A stretch of DNA of 64,000 nt from Octopus sinensis. Its lineage: Eukaryota. The translations under genes were made by a program, and so were the position numbers. The notes under the pieces are model-generated. The model did not search any database and had not been told where the DNA came from. It saw only the letters and a list, made by a program, of their open reading frames with translations. Shown here in pieces: positions 12,643 to 24,649 of this stretch. Location: the NCBI RefSeq assembly GCF_006345805.1, contig NC_043000.1:114266001-114330000 (forward strand), given 5' to 3'. Numbering within the stretch: the stretch's first letter is position 1; each line of letters starts with the position of its first letter.

Positions 12643-13367
12643 TGCCTAGATATCCTACCAAATTGGTAAAAAAAAAACTGTGGTTCAAAGTGACTAATGA
12701 ATGATCAACATTCTTACTGGCTGGAAATGCTGCCAGTTATTCAAAATTAAAACTCATGTCAATCAAAAGATCAGAAAATGCACATATTCTTAAAGGGTCC
12801 GGAAGGAATTTTATATCAGTTTTATGGAACTCCAACAGAAAAATATGGATTATACAATATTTATTTGAAGTTTTAATTCCAAGTTGTTTGTTTTAGTTTG
12901 TGCTTTTTTTCCTTTTTTTTTTTTTCTGAAGCCAAAAAGTTATTGTAAGTCTATATTTAGATTTGAAAAGGTGTTTATTTTAGGTGAGTCACCTGAATGG
13001 ACTGAGTGACTTGTGCCAAATTGTTACACCTGTATCTGCTACCAGTGAATACGACAATAAAACTATTGCAGCCGGTGGATCAAAACAGCAATGGCCATTT
13101 TCAAGGCCTACCCTACTCACTGCAAAGAAAACAGCACATGACTCAGCACGTGGTTAGTGTATTCAATTCACAACCTGACAGTCGAGAGTTCAATTATCAG
13201 CGGTGCATAGTGTCCTTAAGCAAGACACTTATTTCATGTTGCTCCAGTGTTGCACCCTGTAGTTCAATGGGCCAGCCTGGTCCCCTTCAGTGTGTCACAT
13301 TGAATCTCCCTGAAAACTACATTAAAGGTAAGTGTGTCTGTGGAGTGCTCAGCCACTTACACATTAA

Positions 13368-13866
13368 CCCATTAATGCCCATGGTCCTTTTTTAGGACCA
13401 GAAGGATGATCCATCACATTTCTGCAACATCTGTATTTTACTGAGATATCTTTAGCTAGTCATCAAGACTGGAGTGTCCTTCAAATATTGTAAGAAAATG
13501 TTTTTTTACAATATTTTATTGTAAATATATCATCATCATCGTTTAATGTCCATTTTCCGTGCTAGCATGGGTTGGACGGTTTGACCAGGGTCTAGTAAGC
13601 CATGGAGGCTGCACCAGGCTCCAATCTTGATCTGGCAGTGTTTCTACAGCTGGATGCCCTTCCTAATCCCAACCACTCTGTGAATGTAGTGGGTGCTTTT
13701 TATGTGCCACTGGCACAGGTGCCAGGGGAGGCTGGCAGTGGCCACGATCGGCTGGTGCTTTTTGCGTGCCACCAGCACAGAAGCCATTCAAGGCAGCGCT
13801 GGCATATAAATATATATATTTAGTATCAGATAAAGTTGAATAAAAAAAATTTGGGCACTAAATGGG
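13368..13866. mobile_element. piggyBac-like MITE with nested family A repeat (13531-13803, minus)
   Basis: TTAA at 13364-67 and 13867-70; TIRs cccattaatgccca / tgggcactaaatggg. Confidence 0.7.
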
Positions 13867-14081
13867 TTAATTTCATGAGCTGGCTGTTCCATTGATCGAA
13901 TCAACTGAAACACTTGTCAATGTAACTGAGAAGGTGCCCAGCCACACTACTCAGTAGAGGCAATAATAAAAATAACAACAGGAGAAAATACCGTTATTTT
14001 TCAGATATTGGGACGAATGTTAATAAAAGATGCATTGGAAATTACCAATGATACAAGGCATCAAGTAACAGTCAATACTAT

Positions 14082-14409
14082 AAAATATTTTGTAATGTTC
14101 ATTAAGTTCAATAAGCACTTTCATACATTCATAGTAATCATCAGATTTCAAAATGTATTTAACTGACAGCTGAGTTCTTGACAATTGTAGTAAAATGACC
14201 GACTTCTTCCAGCATGCAGATTAGTAAAAACCGTATTCCAAAAATTCAGCTTGTTGGAGCCTTCTAAGAGTTACAAAAAGGAAGAAGTCAGTCATTTTAC
14301 TACAATTGTCAAGAACTCAGCTGTCAGTTAAATACATTTTGAAATCTGATGATTACTATAAAACGTATGAAAGTGCTAATTGAACTTAATGAATATTACG
14401 AAATATTTT
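14082..14409. repeat. Fold-back inverted repeat (~130-bp arms, ~70-bp spacer), probable MITE
   Basis: 14082-14210 is the reverse complement of 14280-14409 with about 6-7 differences by eye; the inner ~70 bp are perfect. Confidence 0.9.
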
Positions 14410-14539
14410 TGCAATGTTTAATAAACTTCAACACTGTAAATTTTTTTTTTTTTTAAATATCAAAATAAAAAACATGGAAACCAGACCATTCAACTGATAT
14501 ATTATTCTATACACATTTACACAAATTCGGAATTCGGGA

Positions 14540-14960
14540 ATATATATATGAAAGAAGGTTTGAAAATGCAATTTTAAGAGGTGTCTATTCACTTGGCCGG
14601 TTTCACTTTTTTAGAAAAAGATTGTCAAAAGTAAAATGAAAAAGCTTTGTAAATACTTTTTTGTGTCAAATACTGGTTGTCACAAAATATTACAATACAT
14701 ATATACATTCTTTGAGAATAATAAGAGAAATGATAAAGCAGTTTACAAGGAAAATAAAAAGTTCATTTTAACATTTTTCTTATTATCAAAGAATGTATAT
14801 ATGTATTGTAATATTTTGTGACAACCAGTATTTAACACAAAAAAGTTTTTACAAAGCTTTTCCATTTTACTTTTGACAATCTTTTTCTAAAAAAGTGAAA
14901 CCGGTTGAGTGAATAAACACCTCCTAAAATTGCATTTTCAAACCTTCTTTCATATATATT
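14540..14960. repeat. Fold-back inverted repeat (~190-bp arms, ~40-bp spacer), probable MITE
   Basis: atatatatgaaagaaggtttgaaaatgcaatttt... / ...aaaattgcattttcaaaccttctttcatatatat; the arms pair along their whole length; TA-rich ends. Confidence 0.9.
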
Positions 14961-15026
14961 TCTACTCGTGCGATATCTTACAACTTTACTTTGTTATATA
15001 TATATATAACTAAAATATATAGTCGC

Positions 15027-15214
15027 CATGATAGATCGTTAGCCACTACACACATTTTTTTCTCTCCTTGTTTTTTTGCTGTGTCCCTTTCCGTAGAAGA
15101 GCGTAGGCTCGAAACGTAAAAGACTTTTTCTATTCCTGAACGTTATACTAATACATTTGTTTGTTCTGTACACCACATGTCTTCGTCTTTTGTTTTTTTC
15201 ATAAACTCTCCCTA
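15027..15214 (+). mobile_element. Family P ~190-nt repeat (Penelope pLTR-like) with hammerhead-like motif at 15087-15122
   Basis: catgatagatcgttagc...cttt-ccgtagaa-gagc-gtag-gctc-gaaa-cg-ta-aaag...ctccctata; homologues at 15788 and 51831. Confidence 0.7.
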
Positions 15215-15227
15215 TATATATATGTAT

Positions 15228-15262
<35 letters not shown>

Positions 15263-15264
15263 CA

Positions 15265-15776
15265 CAGTAATTGTTCAGTTTATGTGCGTGAAAGAGAGTA
15301 AAGGGAGATATCTAATTCTGAGACATATTGCATGACCAACAATAAACGGATTAAATGCTTATTGTAGAGGGAAACATGGCTTTTGTCAAAGAACGAAAGG
15401 TGACGAAGTGATTTTATCTTTTTACAAAGCTTGCAGTATCACACTTTTCGGTTAGTAATGTCAGCTTGTGTAATAAGGCCATAGGGGGGAATTACAATTT
15501 TCACAGGTGTAGCTGTTCATAATTATGCAATGCCATGCCAATCATTGAAGAATGTTGTCTTGTGATTCTGCCAATTGGGTGATATTCCATGATTCATCTA
15601 AGATTGTTTGATTGCTTGACGATTGAGGATTCAACTTCAGGAACAATAATCTGCAGTGCCGCTGGTCATTCACGTGCTATTTCGATCGATTTCCAAAGTA
15701 TCAGGCAACATATTCTGGTGTATGTAGTTATGTCCCTTTACGTTTTTTTTTACACATGTAAACTGAACAATTACCA
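15265..15776. mobile_element. Tc1/mariner-type MITE, ~45-bp TIRs
   Basis: Left cagtaattgttcagtttatgtgcgtgaaagagagtaaaggga; right tccctttacgtttttttttacacatgtaaactgaacaattacca followed by TA; sits in a TA microsatellite. Confidence 0.75.
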
Positions 15777-15787
15777 TATAAATCTCT

Positions 15788-15912
15788 TACACCTTTCTGT
15801 TGAAGAGCATAAGCTCAAAACATGAAAGACTTTTTCATTTTCCCAAGCATCAAACTAATACACTTGCTTGTTGTTCATACACCTGTCTTCGTCTTGTTTT
15901 TCTATAAATTTC

Positions 15913-15916
<4 letters not shown>
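15788..15916 (+). mobile_element. Family P repeat, 5'-truncated second copy
   Basis: cttt-ctgttgaa-gagc-ataa-gctc-aaaa-ca-tg-aaagacttttt...taaactaatacac...acctgtcttcgtctt. Confidence 0.7.
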
Positions 15917-15973
<57 letters not shown>

Positions 15974-16123
15974 GAGAAAAACAACCATTTATCAATTCAA
16001 AATGAACAATTAAATTACACCATCTAGAAAATTACATATAATAGAAATATTAAAATTAAAATAACAATAATATACCGATGATTAAATAGTTGCAAAAAAA
16101 TAATATTTTTTTTTTGCAATATA

Positions 16124-16639
16124 TCTATATATATAAAACAGTAGTTGTGTGAGTGTCTGTCTCCTACGATTTAGATTCCTAACTCCTCCCACATTTTGCG
16201 GTGCAGTTTAACCAAATTCGGGTATCTTATAGTCGTGATTAATATCAAGCCCGTCTGGCTATTAGCGCGTGTCTACGATGAGTCTACAATTTTAAAAATA
16301 ATTTAACATCATTTTTTATTCCATTTTAATGCATAATTTTTCGTGTGTCGATGGCGGCGGAGTTGGCGTCCACGCTCAAACACCTGCACCTGTGTTTGCT
16401 TCTCCCCCTTCTTCCCTCCCTCGTGAAGCTGTGGGGAAGGGAGTTTAAGGAAATCAACGTCGTAATGCGTTGTCAAGGAGACCAGCATTCTTTTAGAACA
16501 ACGACTTCATGGCTTGAAGACACCAAAACAGAAATGGCTAAGAAAGCCCGAATTGGCATCTATAAAGGAAGTAACTCTCTAAAAATGCTTATATAGTTAT
16601 TTCCCTTACAAACCCGAGCAACGCCGGGCGACACTGCTA

Positions 16640-16640
<1 letters not shown>
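16124..16640 (+). mobile_element. Non-autonomous Helitron
   Basis: 5' TC(tatatataaaa) after an A; subterminal hairpin cccgagcaacgccggg; 3' CTAG followed by T; no TSD; CpG-rich interior. Confidence 0.85.
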
Positions 16641-16694
<54 letters not shown>

Positions 16695-16886
16695 ATATCA
16701 TATTGTGTTAATTTGATTTAGTATTTCTAAATTGAATTTTTCCCTGTAAGTTAGGATTAATATTCCCTCAAATAATAATTATTACATATTATTCCTTTGT
16801 AATGAAAACATGTTGTCTTCGAAACATATGTCGAGAGTAAAGGAATTTTGTTAACATCTTTGTTCGACTCCATTCTTTCATTTATT

Positions 16887-16942
<56 letters not shown>

Positions 16943-17500
16943 TAGAGAGAGATCCAGGTAAAATCAGCAAAAAAAATACTCAATCCAGTGAGAGATAAAT
17001 ATCAATTTAATACACAACCAAAAGAGCTACTAAAAGTTTCATGCTTTTGTGATACTTCATTTAGGCATATTTATAAAATACCCATGTCTCTCTCTCCAAG
17101 CAATGTTTCACACACACATACACAAGCACACACACACACACACACACACACGTGACGATGGTTTATGTCAGGCTCGCTCAGCAAGACAACGGCAATATCA
17201 TGAAAGCCAAGGACGTCTTTGTTTACCTAACATTAAGGAAATGCAACACATATCTATCCATGTGTGTGTCCATGTGAGTGCACACATTAATGTCATTACT
17301 TGTCTCCAATCGTTAAACTTTAATGGCAAGAAACCGAGATCTCATTAATGATGTGAATGTATGTCAAGGGAATTGATACACAGATCCACCAGTTTTACAG
17401 GACACACGTATGCATGTGTGCATTTGTATACATTATATATATATACACACACACACGCAAATGTAAACACATACACCCCCTCTCTCTCTCTCTATATATA

Positions 17501-17563
<63 letters not shown>

Positions 17564-17789
17564 TACATACATACATACTCACACAATCAAAATACACATG
17601 TACATATACACACTTCAATACACACACACACACACACAGTGGAATGGGTAAATTGTCGCCATTTTATATTTTTAATTTCGCGCATGCACATTGTTTTTGA
17701 TTTTGTCAACTACACAGTATAGTAGGGTCAGTTGGGCACCATCTGTGAGAAAAACAGCAACACAATGCAATTCACTCAGCCAGAAATTT

Positions 17790-18012
17790 GGAAATGACAA
17801 GCTGTACTGCTTGGCATTTGTCCCATAAGCTCCAGTATGAACATTTCAGAGGACATTACTGAGAGTGATAAAAAATCAAATATCCTGTCAACATCATGGT
17901 GTTTGGAGTGATCGCTAGTGATGGTGACATTATGCTTCCATTCATCTTCTCACACATCCTCAGAGTCAACATGGAGGCCTACATCAAGTGCCTGCAGGAG
18001 ATAGTGCTGCCA
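17790..18012 (+). pseudogene. Tc1/mariner (DD37D/maT-like) transposase fragment
   Basis: Reads KIKYPVNIMVFGVIASDGDIMLPFIFSHILRVNMEAYIKCLQEIVLP, the recalled K.P..(I/V)MV(F/W)G.I.SDG..MPPFIF..G...N...Y...L...V.PW motif; truncated by (AC)n. Confidence 0.75.
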
Positions 18013-18063
<51 letters not shown>

Positions 18064-18074
18064 TATACATCAAG

Positions 18075-18310
18075 GTACTGGTAACATGTGACCCAGTACA
18101 ATCTATCCCATGGTCAGACTGTCAGCAACAAAACCAGCAACCTTACCATGTTGGGTTGTTAAGGATAGTAGTCTTCTTGGACACCCTACAGGATGGAAAA
18201 CAAAACCTGTGAAAGGGCAGATGAACTCTCAAGTCAAGAACTGTAAATGCACTGGGAGTTATGGACCCCTAGCTTTCTAGGAGAGGGGCTCTCTGAAGTA
18301 AATCCTGCAG
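18075..18310 (+). mobile_element. Family R repeat (possible LINE 5'-UTR), degenerate
   Basis: gtactggtaacatgtgacccagtac...ggacaccct..aggatggaaaacaaaacc...ctaggagagg; homologous to 42405-42740. Confidence 0.5.
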
Positions 18311-18944
18311 GTTCACATAATTAATGGTCATCTCACTTTAGCCTGTCATTAGGTACTAATCACAGCGACTTAGAGAGTGTACTAGTGTTCTTCAAGTGTT
18401 TATCATTGTAATCCAATGAGGTGCAGATGTCTCTTTATGGTGACCTCATTTGTCACCCCCGTCTACTAAAGGCACTATGGTGATATGTGCAGACTTAACC
18501 AGTGAGAAAGCTCAACTCTAAGCAGAAAACGTTTGACAATTTGAACAAGTAACTCCTTATGCCACAAAGTCCAGTGGAAGCTTCGATTTTTCTCTGGTGT
18601 CTATGCTGCAAATGATGCACACATCTGCAGCAGAAATGAGCAGTCATCTGATAGGTCATTGATGGAAAGCGAGCAACGCCATAACCAAATCACAAGGAGA
18701 TGGCAATTATCTGTGAAGATGGAACAACCACCATATATAACACAGACATATATTTACACACATACGCACACGAACACACACATAATTACAGCAGCTGAGT
18801 GCATAGCACCATAGTTAGGAGAATGATGTAGGGTTGGGAGTTAGGAAGACGAGTTGTGAGAGAGAGATACATCGGGGACAAATTGGATGCAGGGACACAG
18901 AAATAAACATCATGCTTTTAGTGACTCCTTTTTTCTTAAGGGAA

Positions 18945-19140
18945 TGGTCTTCTCAAACACAGCAAACTGCCAATCAACTCATTCCTTAGTCATTTCCTCT
19001 GTGAGGCTCAACATCCAGAAGTCATTTCTCATTACATTATCGCATGTCTATATCTTCCACAGAATCCATTCACAGTTAATAATCAACATTTCTCTATGCA
19101 GCTGTCCTCATCCATACATATCAAATGAACATAACCTGAA
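18945..19140 (-). pseudogene. RTE-clade LINE ORF 3' remnant
   Basis: Minus-strand reading ..MDEDSCIEKC*LLTVNG.CGR... then (frameshifted) ..LSLTEEMTK....WQFAVFEKT, like RTE C-termini (GHVMRM..........VEG...RGRPRKTW). Confidence 0.55.
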
Positions 19141-19549
19141 CACTTTTTTCTCTTGCACTTTTTTCTCTTTTTTTCTCCAATGCCCCACCTCCCTTATACT
19201 CAAATTTCTTTTCAACACATTCGTACTTGTCATACATGTACACCAATGTTGCACTAAGTTGTGATTTCAGAGTTATTTAACCTCTGCTTCGTAACCCCTA
19301 ATCAAACCTAAACCAGCACATCTTTTATCAAAGGGGTCCCAGCCACTGTCTTCCTATCTTTTTATATTTAAGCATAGTATAGCTAAGACAACATTATCTA
19401 ATGTGTTGTTTCCTAAGACTGGCTGTATGGACTTAAGAGAGAGATTTGGCTAAAGTTTGTAGCAGGTTGTGTGACAGCAGAGACAGCCACTTACTTGTTG
19501 GTCCATGATTAAGGGTAGTGAGCGGCCAGTATAGAGGGGACAGTATATA

Positions 19550-19940
19550 GGGAACAAGTGGCCAAGAACTTTCTGTAATCTGAGGTTGAGAGGAGGGTGT
19601 GTGATAGAAAGCATGAATGTGTGTGTGCGTGTAAGATAGAGAAAATGTAATGTGTGTATGAGAGAGTGTTAGTGTGTGTGTGAGAGACAGAGAGCATGAG
19701 AGAGAGAGAGAGAGTATGTAAGAGAAAGAGAGCGTGTGAGAGAGAGAGCGAGATAGCGTGAGAGAGAGGGAGTGTGTGAGGGAAAATGTGAGAGGGAGTG
19801 TGTGAGAGAGTGACAGAGAGAGTGAGAGTGTGAAAGAGTGAGTATGAGAGAGAGTAAGAGAGTGTGAAAGGGCATGTAAGAGAGAGAGTGTGTGTGTGCA
19901 TGTAAGATAGTGTTAATGTGTGTGTTTGTGTGTGTGTCAG
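19550..19940. repeat. GA/GT mosaic low-complexity tract
   Basis: Seen directly. Confidence 0.85.
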
Positions 19941-20938
19941 TGTGTGGTGGCAGCAGTAGTTAACCACTAAGCTTCCATTTCCTGTAGTGTATATAAAGGT
20001 TACAGTTAGTTTATTGTATGTACAAGCATGTGTGCATCATACACACACACACACACACTTTATATACACCCTCCTTCTCATTCTCTTTCACACACATATA
20101 GTGATATATATATACACACTCACACCCTTCGACTATTCTCTCTCTCTCTCCCTCTTTCTCTCCTGCCCCTTCTCTCTCTCTCACATATATATACAGACAC
20201 ATTGACAACATATTTTTACATGTACTATTTAATATAAATTTAAACCAGCACTTTAACAACTACATGCATCTGTGTGTGTGTGTGTGTGTGTTAATATGTA
20301 TGTAACCACGTGTAAAGAATGGGGAGGGGAAGCGGATGTAAGTTTACATAACCAATTCTTTAAAAGTCTTAAAACTGTAACAGTTTATTGTCAGATGACA
20401 GAGGCAGCAGTGTGGCAGGACTTGGCTGAACATCATCACTTCCACCCTAGCAGCAGCAGCAGCAGTGGCCTGCCACTAATTAGACACTTTTTATATATAT
20501 AGTCACTCACCATCTGGAGGATGGAAGGAAAGAAAGAAGGGAAATCTGAAGAGAGAAAGACAACGAGAAAGAAGAACTCAGAGAGTCTTTATAGACTGAA
20601 CTCCTGACACATTTTCAAAGAGGAACAATCAGCACTAACCATTTCCACACTGTTAAAGGGAACAGGCCTGTGTGCCATTTGTCATTGTGTTTGATCTTAG
20701 GGACAGCTGTGGCTACTTTTAAAAGACCCAAACTGGTTCCAATGGAGACAATAAAGCCACACACCTAACCCCTTTTGAAAAAAAGGGGAACACTCAACAA
20801 TCAGGCCAAGCAATTGTGTAGATGCATCACCTATTTTTAGGGGACCCACATCAATAAAGGGCAGGAATGTAAGTCAATCTGATAGACTAGGGTAGATGGG
20901 GCTTGTTCAGTCTGTGTGTATTTATATATAATGTATAT

Positions 20939-20989
<51 letters not shown>

Positions 20990-21189
20990 GTGTGTGTGTG
21001 TGTGTGTGTATAGATAGATAGATGCATGTATATAAACATATATATGTAGGTATGTACATATATGTATGTATATATATATATATATATAATGTATAGATGT
21101 GTGTGTATATATTATAATATATATGTATGTATATATAATATAATGTATAGATGTATATGTGTGTATATATATTATAATGTATATGTATG

Positions 21190-21269
<80 letters not shown>

Positions 21270-22550
21270 ATTATCTATCTATATATATATGAAATGATGT
21301 GAGAATCTAATTTTGAACAGCCAGCAACAACACCTTAAAATATCCAAGCAGGCACAGTTTGTGCTGGCATTAGTTTATTAAAGAGACTTACCAACTGAAA
21401 GAAATAGCTCAGATGTAAAGAAGAGTGGGGGTAGCTGCGTGCGTGTGAATGCATTTGTGTGTGTGTGTGTGTCGGTTTACTACCATATAGGCACCGTTTA
21501 CATGTAATGTGGCTAGAAAGAGAATTACATTTTCATCATATCCTGTTCAAAGCTTACAGCCATGGTGTATTGCGTAAATGTATCAAACCACTTGAGTGAC
21601 CACCACTAAAATTGTCAGCATCATCATCATCATTACTACTACTACTACTACATTATGTAAACACTTATTCATTAAACACACACAAACAGGGTAGGTGGTG
21701 GGGTGTTCATTTCACAAGTTGACAATATAGAACAAGTTAAGGGCTACCTCTGTGTACAGAGAAAATACACACGTGCGGACAGTTATTTACAGTAGGTGAG
21801 GTCCGAGAACCTCACTAGTTACCCTACCCCCACCCCACTCCAGTACCATCACTAACACCACCACCACCACCATCAACAACACAGCAACCACCACCACTAA
21901 CATAGCTGCTGCCATCAACATCATCATCATCACTCGAATTTAATAAGTTTAATAATATCTTGCACAAGGTGTTACTCCATAGTAGAGAGAGAATGTGTAA
22001 TAAGAGCAGAAGTTTAATTAATTAGCTACTCATACATGTCTAGAGTAGCAGCAGCAGCACCAAGTGGGAAACACTGAAAACTGGTTTATTTTGTTTTTTT
22101 GCTCTGTTTTTTAATAAGTCTGCATCTTCACCACGAGTTCTAAATCTCACAAGAAATTATTATATTGTGTCTCCTGAGCAAGGTAATATTTTTTTCTGTT
22201 CACTTCAGTTGTCACCATTTCACAGTTTGAGAGAGAGGAACTGTAGAAAACGGCTCAATACACAACTTAGTGCTCACATATATGAGATGGTGGTGGTGAT
22301 GGTGGTACATAAAGACACACAGACAGACCTCCTAGACATCTAAATCAAGGCCATCCCAAAGAGTAACAAGGATTCACTCATTAACACATTTTGGAAGCCT
22401 CTGCAGTGTTGCTTGACCTGCTAGATATGACAGCTAAATTTTTCTCAAATCACACCTATCTTTAAAGAAAGGACTACATTGAATAATGCAGACCAGGGTA
22501 AACTATGCCGTAAACTGGTAAAAAAAAAAACAGGATAGTTACAGTTGAAA

Positions 22551-22735
22551 CATCATCATCATCATCATCGTTTAACGTCTGCTTTCCATGCCAGCATGGG
22601 TTGGATGATTTTGACTGAGGGCTGGTGAACCAGATGGCCGCACCAGACTCAAATCTTGATCTGGCAGAGTTTCTATAGTTGGATGCCCTTCCTAACGCCA
22701 ACCACTCCGAGAGTGTAGTGGGTGCTTTTTACATG
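22551..22735 (-). mobile_element. Family A repeat
   Basis: (cat)n-cgtttaacgtctgctttccatgccagcatggg...gagagtgtagtgggtgc. Confidence 0.85.
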
Positions 22736-23819
22736 AACATTTTTGATTAAAAGTCTAATCCTTCAGGACTGACCAGTGGATAAACCTGTTAATCTATCAC
22801 TCAGCTTAACACCACCAGCCAGTCCTTGGGTGACTTTAGTGAAGGCCATTCAATTGTAGACATTCTTCAATTTGACAATAATGTCCTCCTTTCGTCCTGA
22901 CAATCATTGGGAACTCAAGAAGGAGTGTTAGAAGTGAAGAATGTTGCACTTCTCTCCTCCTCCTCCTCTCATCTTTGAAGTCTTACCACCAATAACAGCT
23001 TACAATAACACTGTTTTCCAAAACATTCCATCCCTAAACTCCAATCGTTCCAAAGTTTTGAGGAGTGTGGAACCACATCTTGGCCACTACTGTTTTATAT
23101 TAGATTCAGTACCCCACATCATAAGACAATAATACCTTCTCTGAAGAGAAGCAGTGTAGAAAATATGTATTCTTGTTGTTCTTAGTCTAATAATATATTT
23201 TCAAACAATACAAGTTGGTTGGTTGGTGAAAGATTAGAGGTGACAATACACAAAACCTATTTGGACTACATGAACAGGCTCCAGCCCTCTATGTAACAAC
23301 CAACTGTACCATATCTTTAAAGATTTACTTAGAGAGATATTACTGATATCAAACAACAGAGTCAGCTTTATGACTGCATCATATATTTCCCTTATCTTAT
23401 GTGTAAAGAAAGCTTAAAGAGAGTGTGTGTGTCTATGTGCTACAGCATGTGTGTGCATATGCGTGCATCCGTGTGTGTGTGTGTGTGTTAGTAGCATTGT
23501 GGTAGGCTAGAATTTCCAAAATAGTTTCTAATACATCCAACCTAAAGCAGACTAAACAGCTAACTCCAGAGAATTTAATCTCCAATATCAGAAAAGATAT
23601 TTAGCAGAAAACCTCCCTGCACCTTCCTAAACCCTACCAACACCACAACTACTATGACCCTGCTACAAATAGCAGCCAAGCCTGCCTCAAATTTCACCCA
23701 ACTGTCTAAGGAAAACAGCCATATTACACAATGAGATCCTAAGCTCCCTGCACAAAGCAAAATGATGAAAGAATGGGGTAAAGATCTTTCCTGGGTCATA
23801 CAAATCCATAGGACCAGTT

Positions 23820-24020
23820 TCTTCAGTTTTTGTAGCATATATATATTCCCACACCTGGATGGGACACCAGTCCATCACAAGATTATTCATATTTCCCAGC
23901 TGAGTGGACTGGAACAATGTGAAATGAAGGGTTTTGCTCAAGAACACAATGCATCACCTGGTCCAGGAATTGAAACCACATTCTTACTATCATGAGTTTG
24001 ACAGCCAAAACCACTAAACC
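23820..24020 (-). mobile_element. Family D SINE, degenerate
   Basis: cagctgagtggactggaacaatgtgaaatgaag..ttttgctcaagaacacaatgc...aattgaaaccac...ccactaaaccatgcacctccac. Confidence 0.7.
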
Positions 24021-24308
24021 ATGCACCTCCACAAATTGATAAAAGAGTCACAGTTGGAATGTCTTTGATCACAAGTCTGCTCAATATGGACTGACCTTAG
24101 GGTAAACAGCAAACAATTTTTTGAAAACACTTAGGTCAGGTGTCCAGTCTGAGGATACCCACCCTCTTTGCCTCACACTCACCAATTTCATACATTGACT
24201 TAGTAAAAGTCATGAGGACCGTTTCCTTTCACTTGATTAAAAGACCAAAAGAACAACAGCTCCCTTTATACCAAATTCCATCTTTGACATGACAAACTCC
24301 ATCTAAAG

Positions 24309-24534
24309 AGGTGGTTTTCAACCATTTTTTGCCTATCCCTTTGATGCTTGTTACTCAACTGGACTGCCATAGCCATTTGATGTAGATATTAAAAAATCCT
24401 ACTGTATTTTTATAATTAAGTATTATTAGGAATTTTATTAAAAAAATTGAAATATTTTGTGTTTTGAAGTAAAAGTAATTAATTGTACATAAATTTTAAC
24501 AAAATCTTATACAGACACCAGTTGAAGACCACTG
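24309..24534. mobile_element. hAT-like MITE (same family as 4888)
   Basis: Ends aggtggttttcaac / gttgaagaccactg. Confidence 0.55.
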
Positions 24535-24649
24535 AAATAAAGTTTCATCTTGCTACACATCTCCATACTGGTGATGGTTTGGCTATGTTTGTTAAGGTTT
24601 AGTTAGCGGGGACAGGATGGTGTCCATGATCTTTACCAGGGTCTCAGAG

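Noticed and set aside
12990-13125. Strong minus-strand acceptor (tttctttgcag) followed by an open frame containing DPPA
   Set aside because: The peptide does not match the expected next LRCH exon (L..LD.SCN.I...NPL..PPA) and there is no convincing donor.
15265-15776. First read as the unique internal region of an LTR-type retrozyme between two hammerhead repeats
   Set aside because: It has its own ~45-bp TIRs and TA context, so it is a later MITE insertion.
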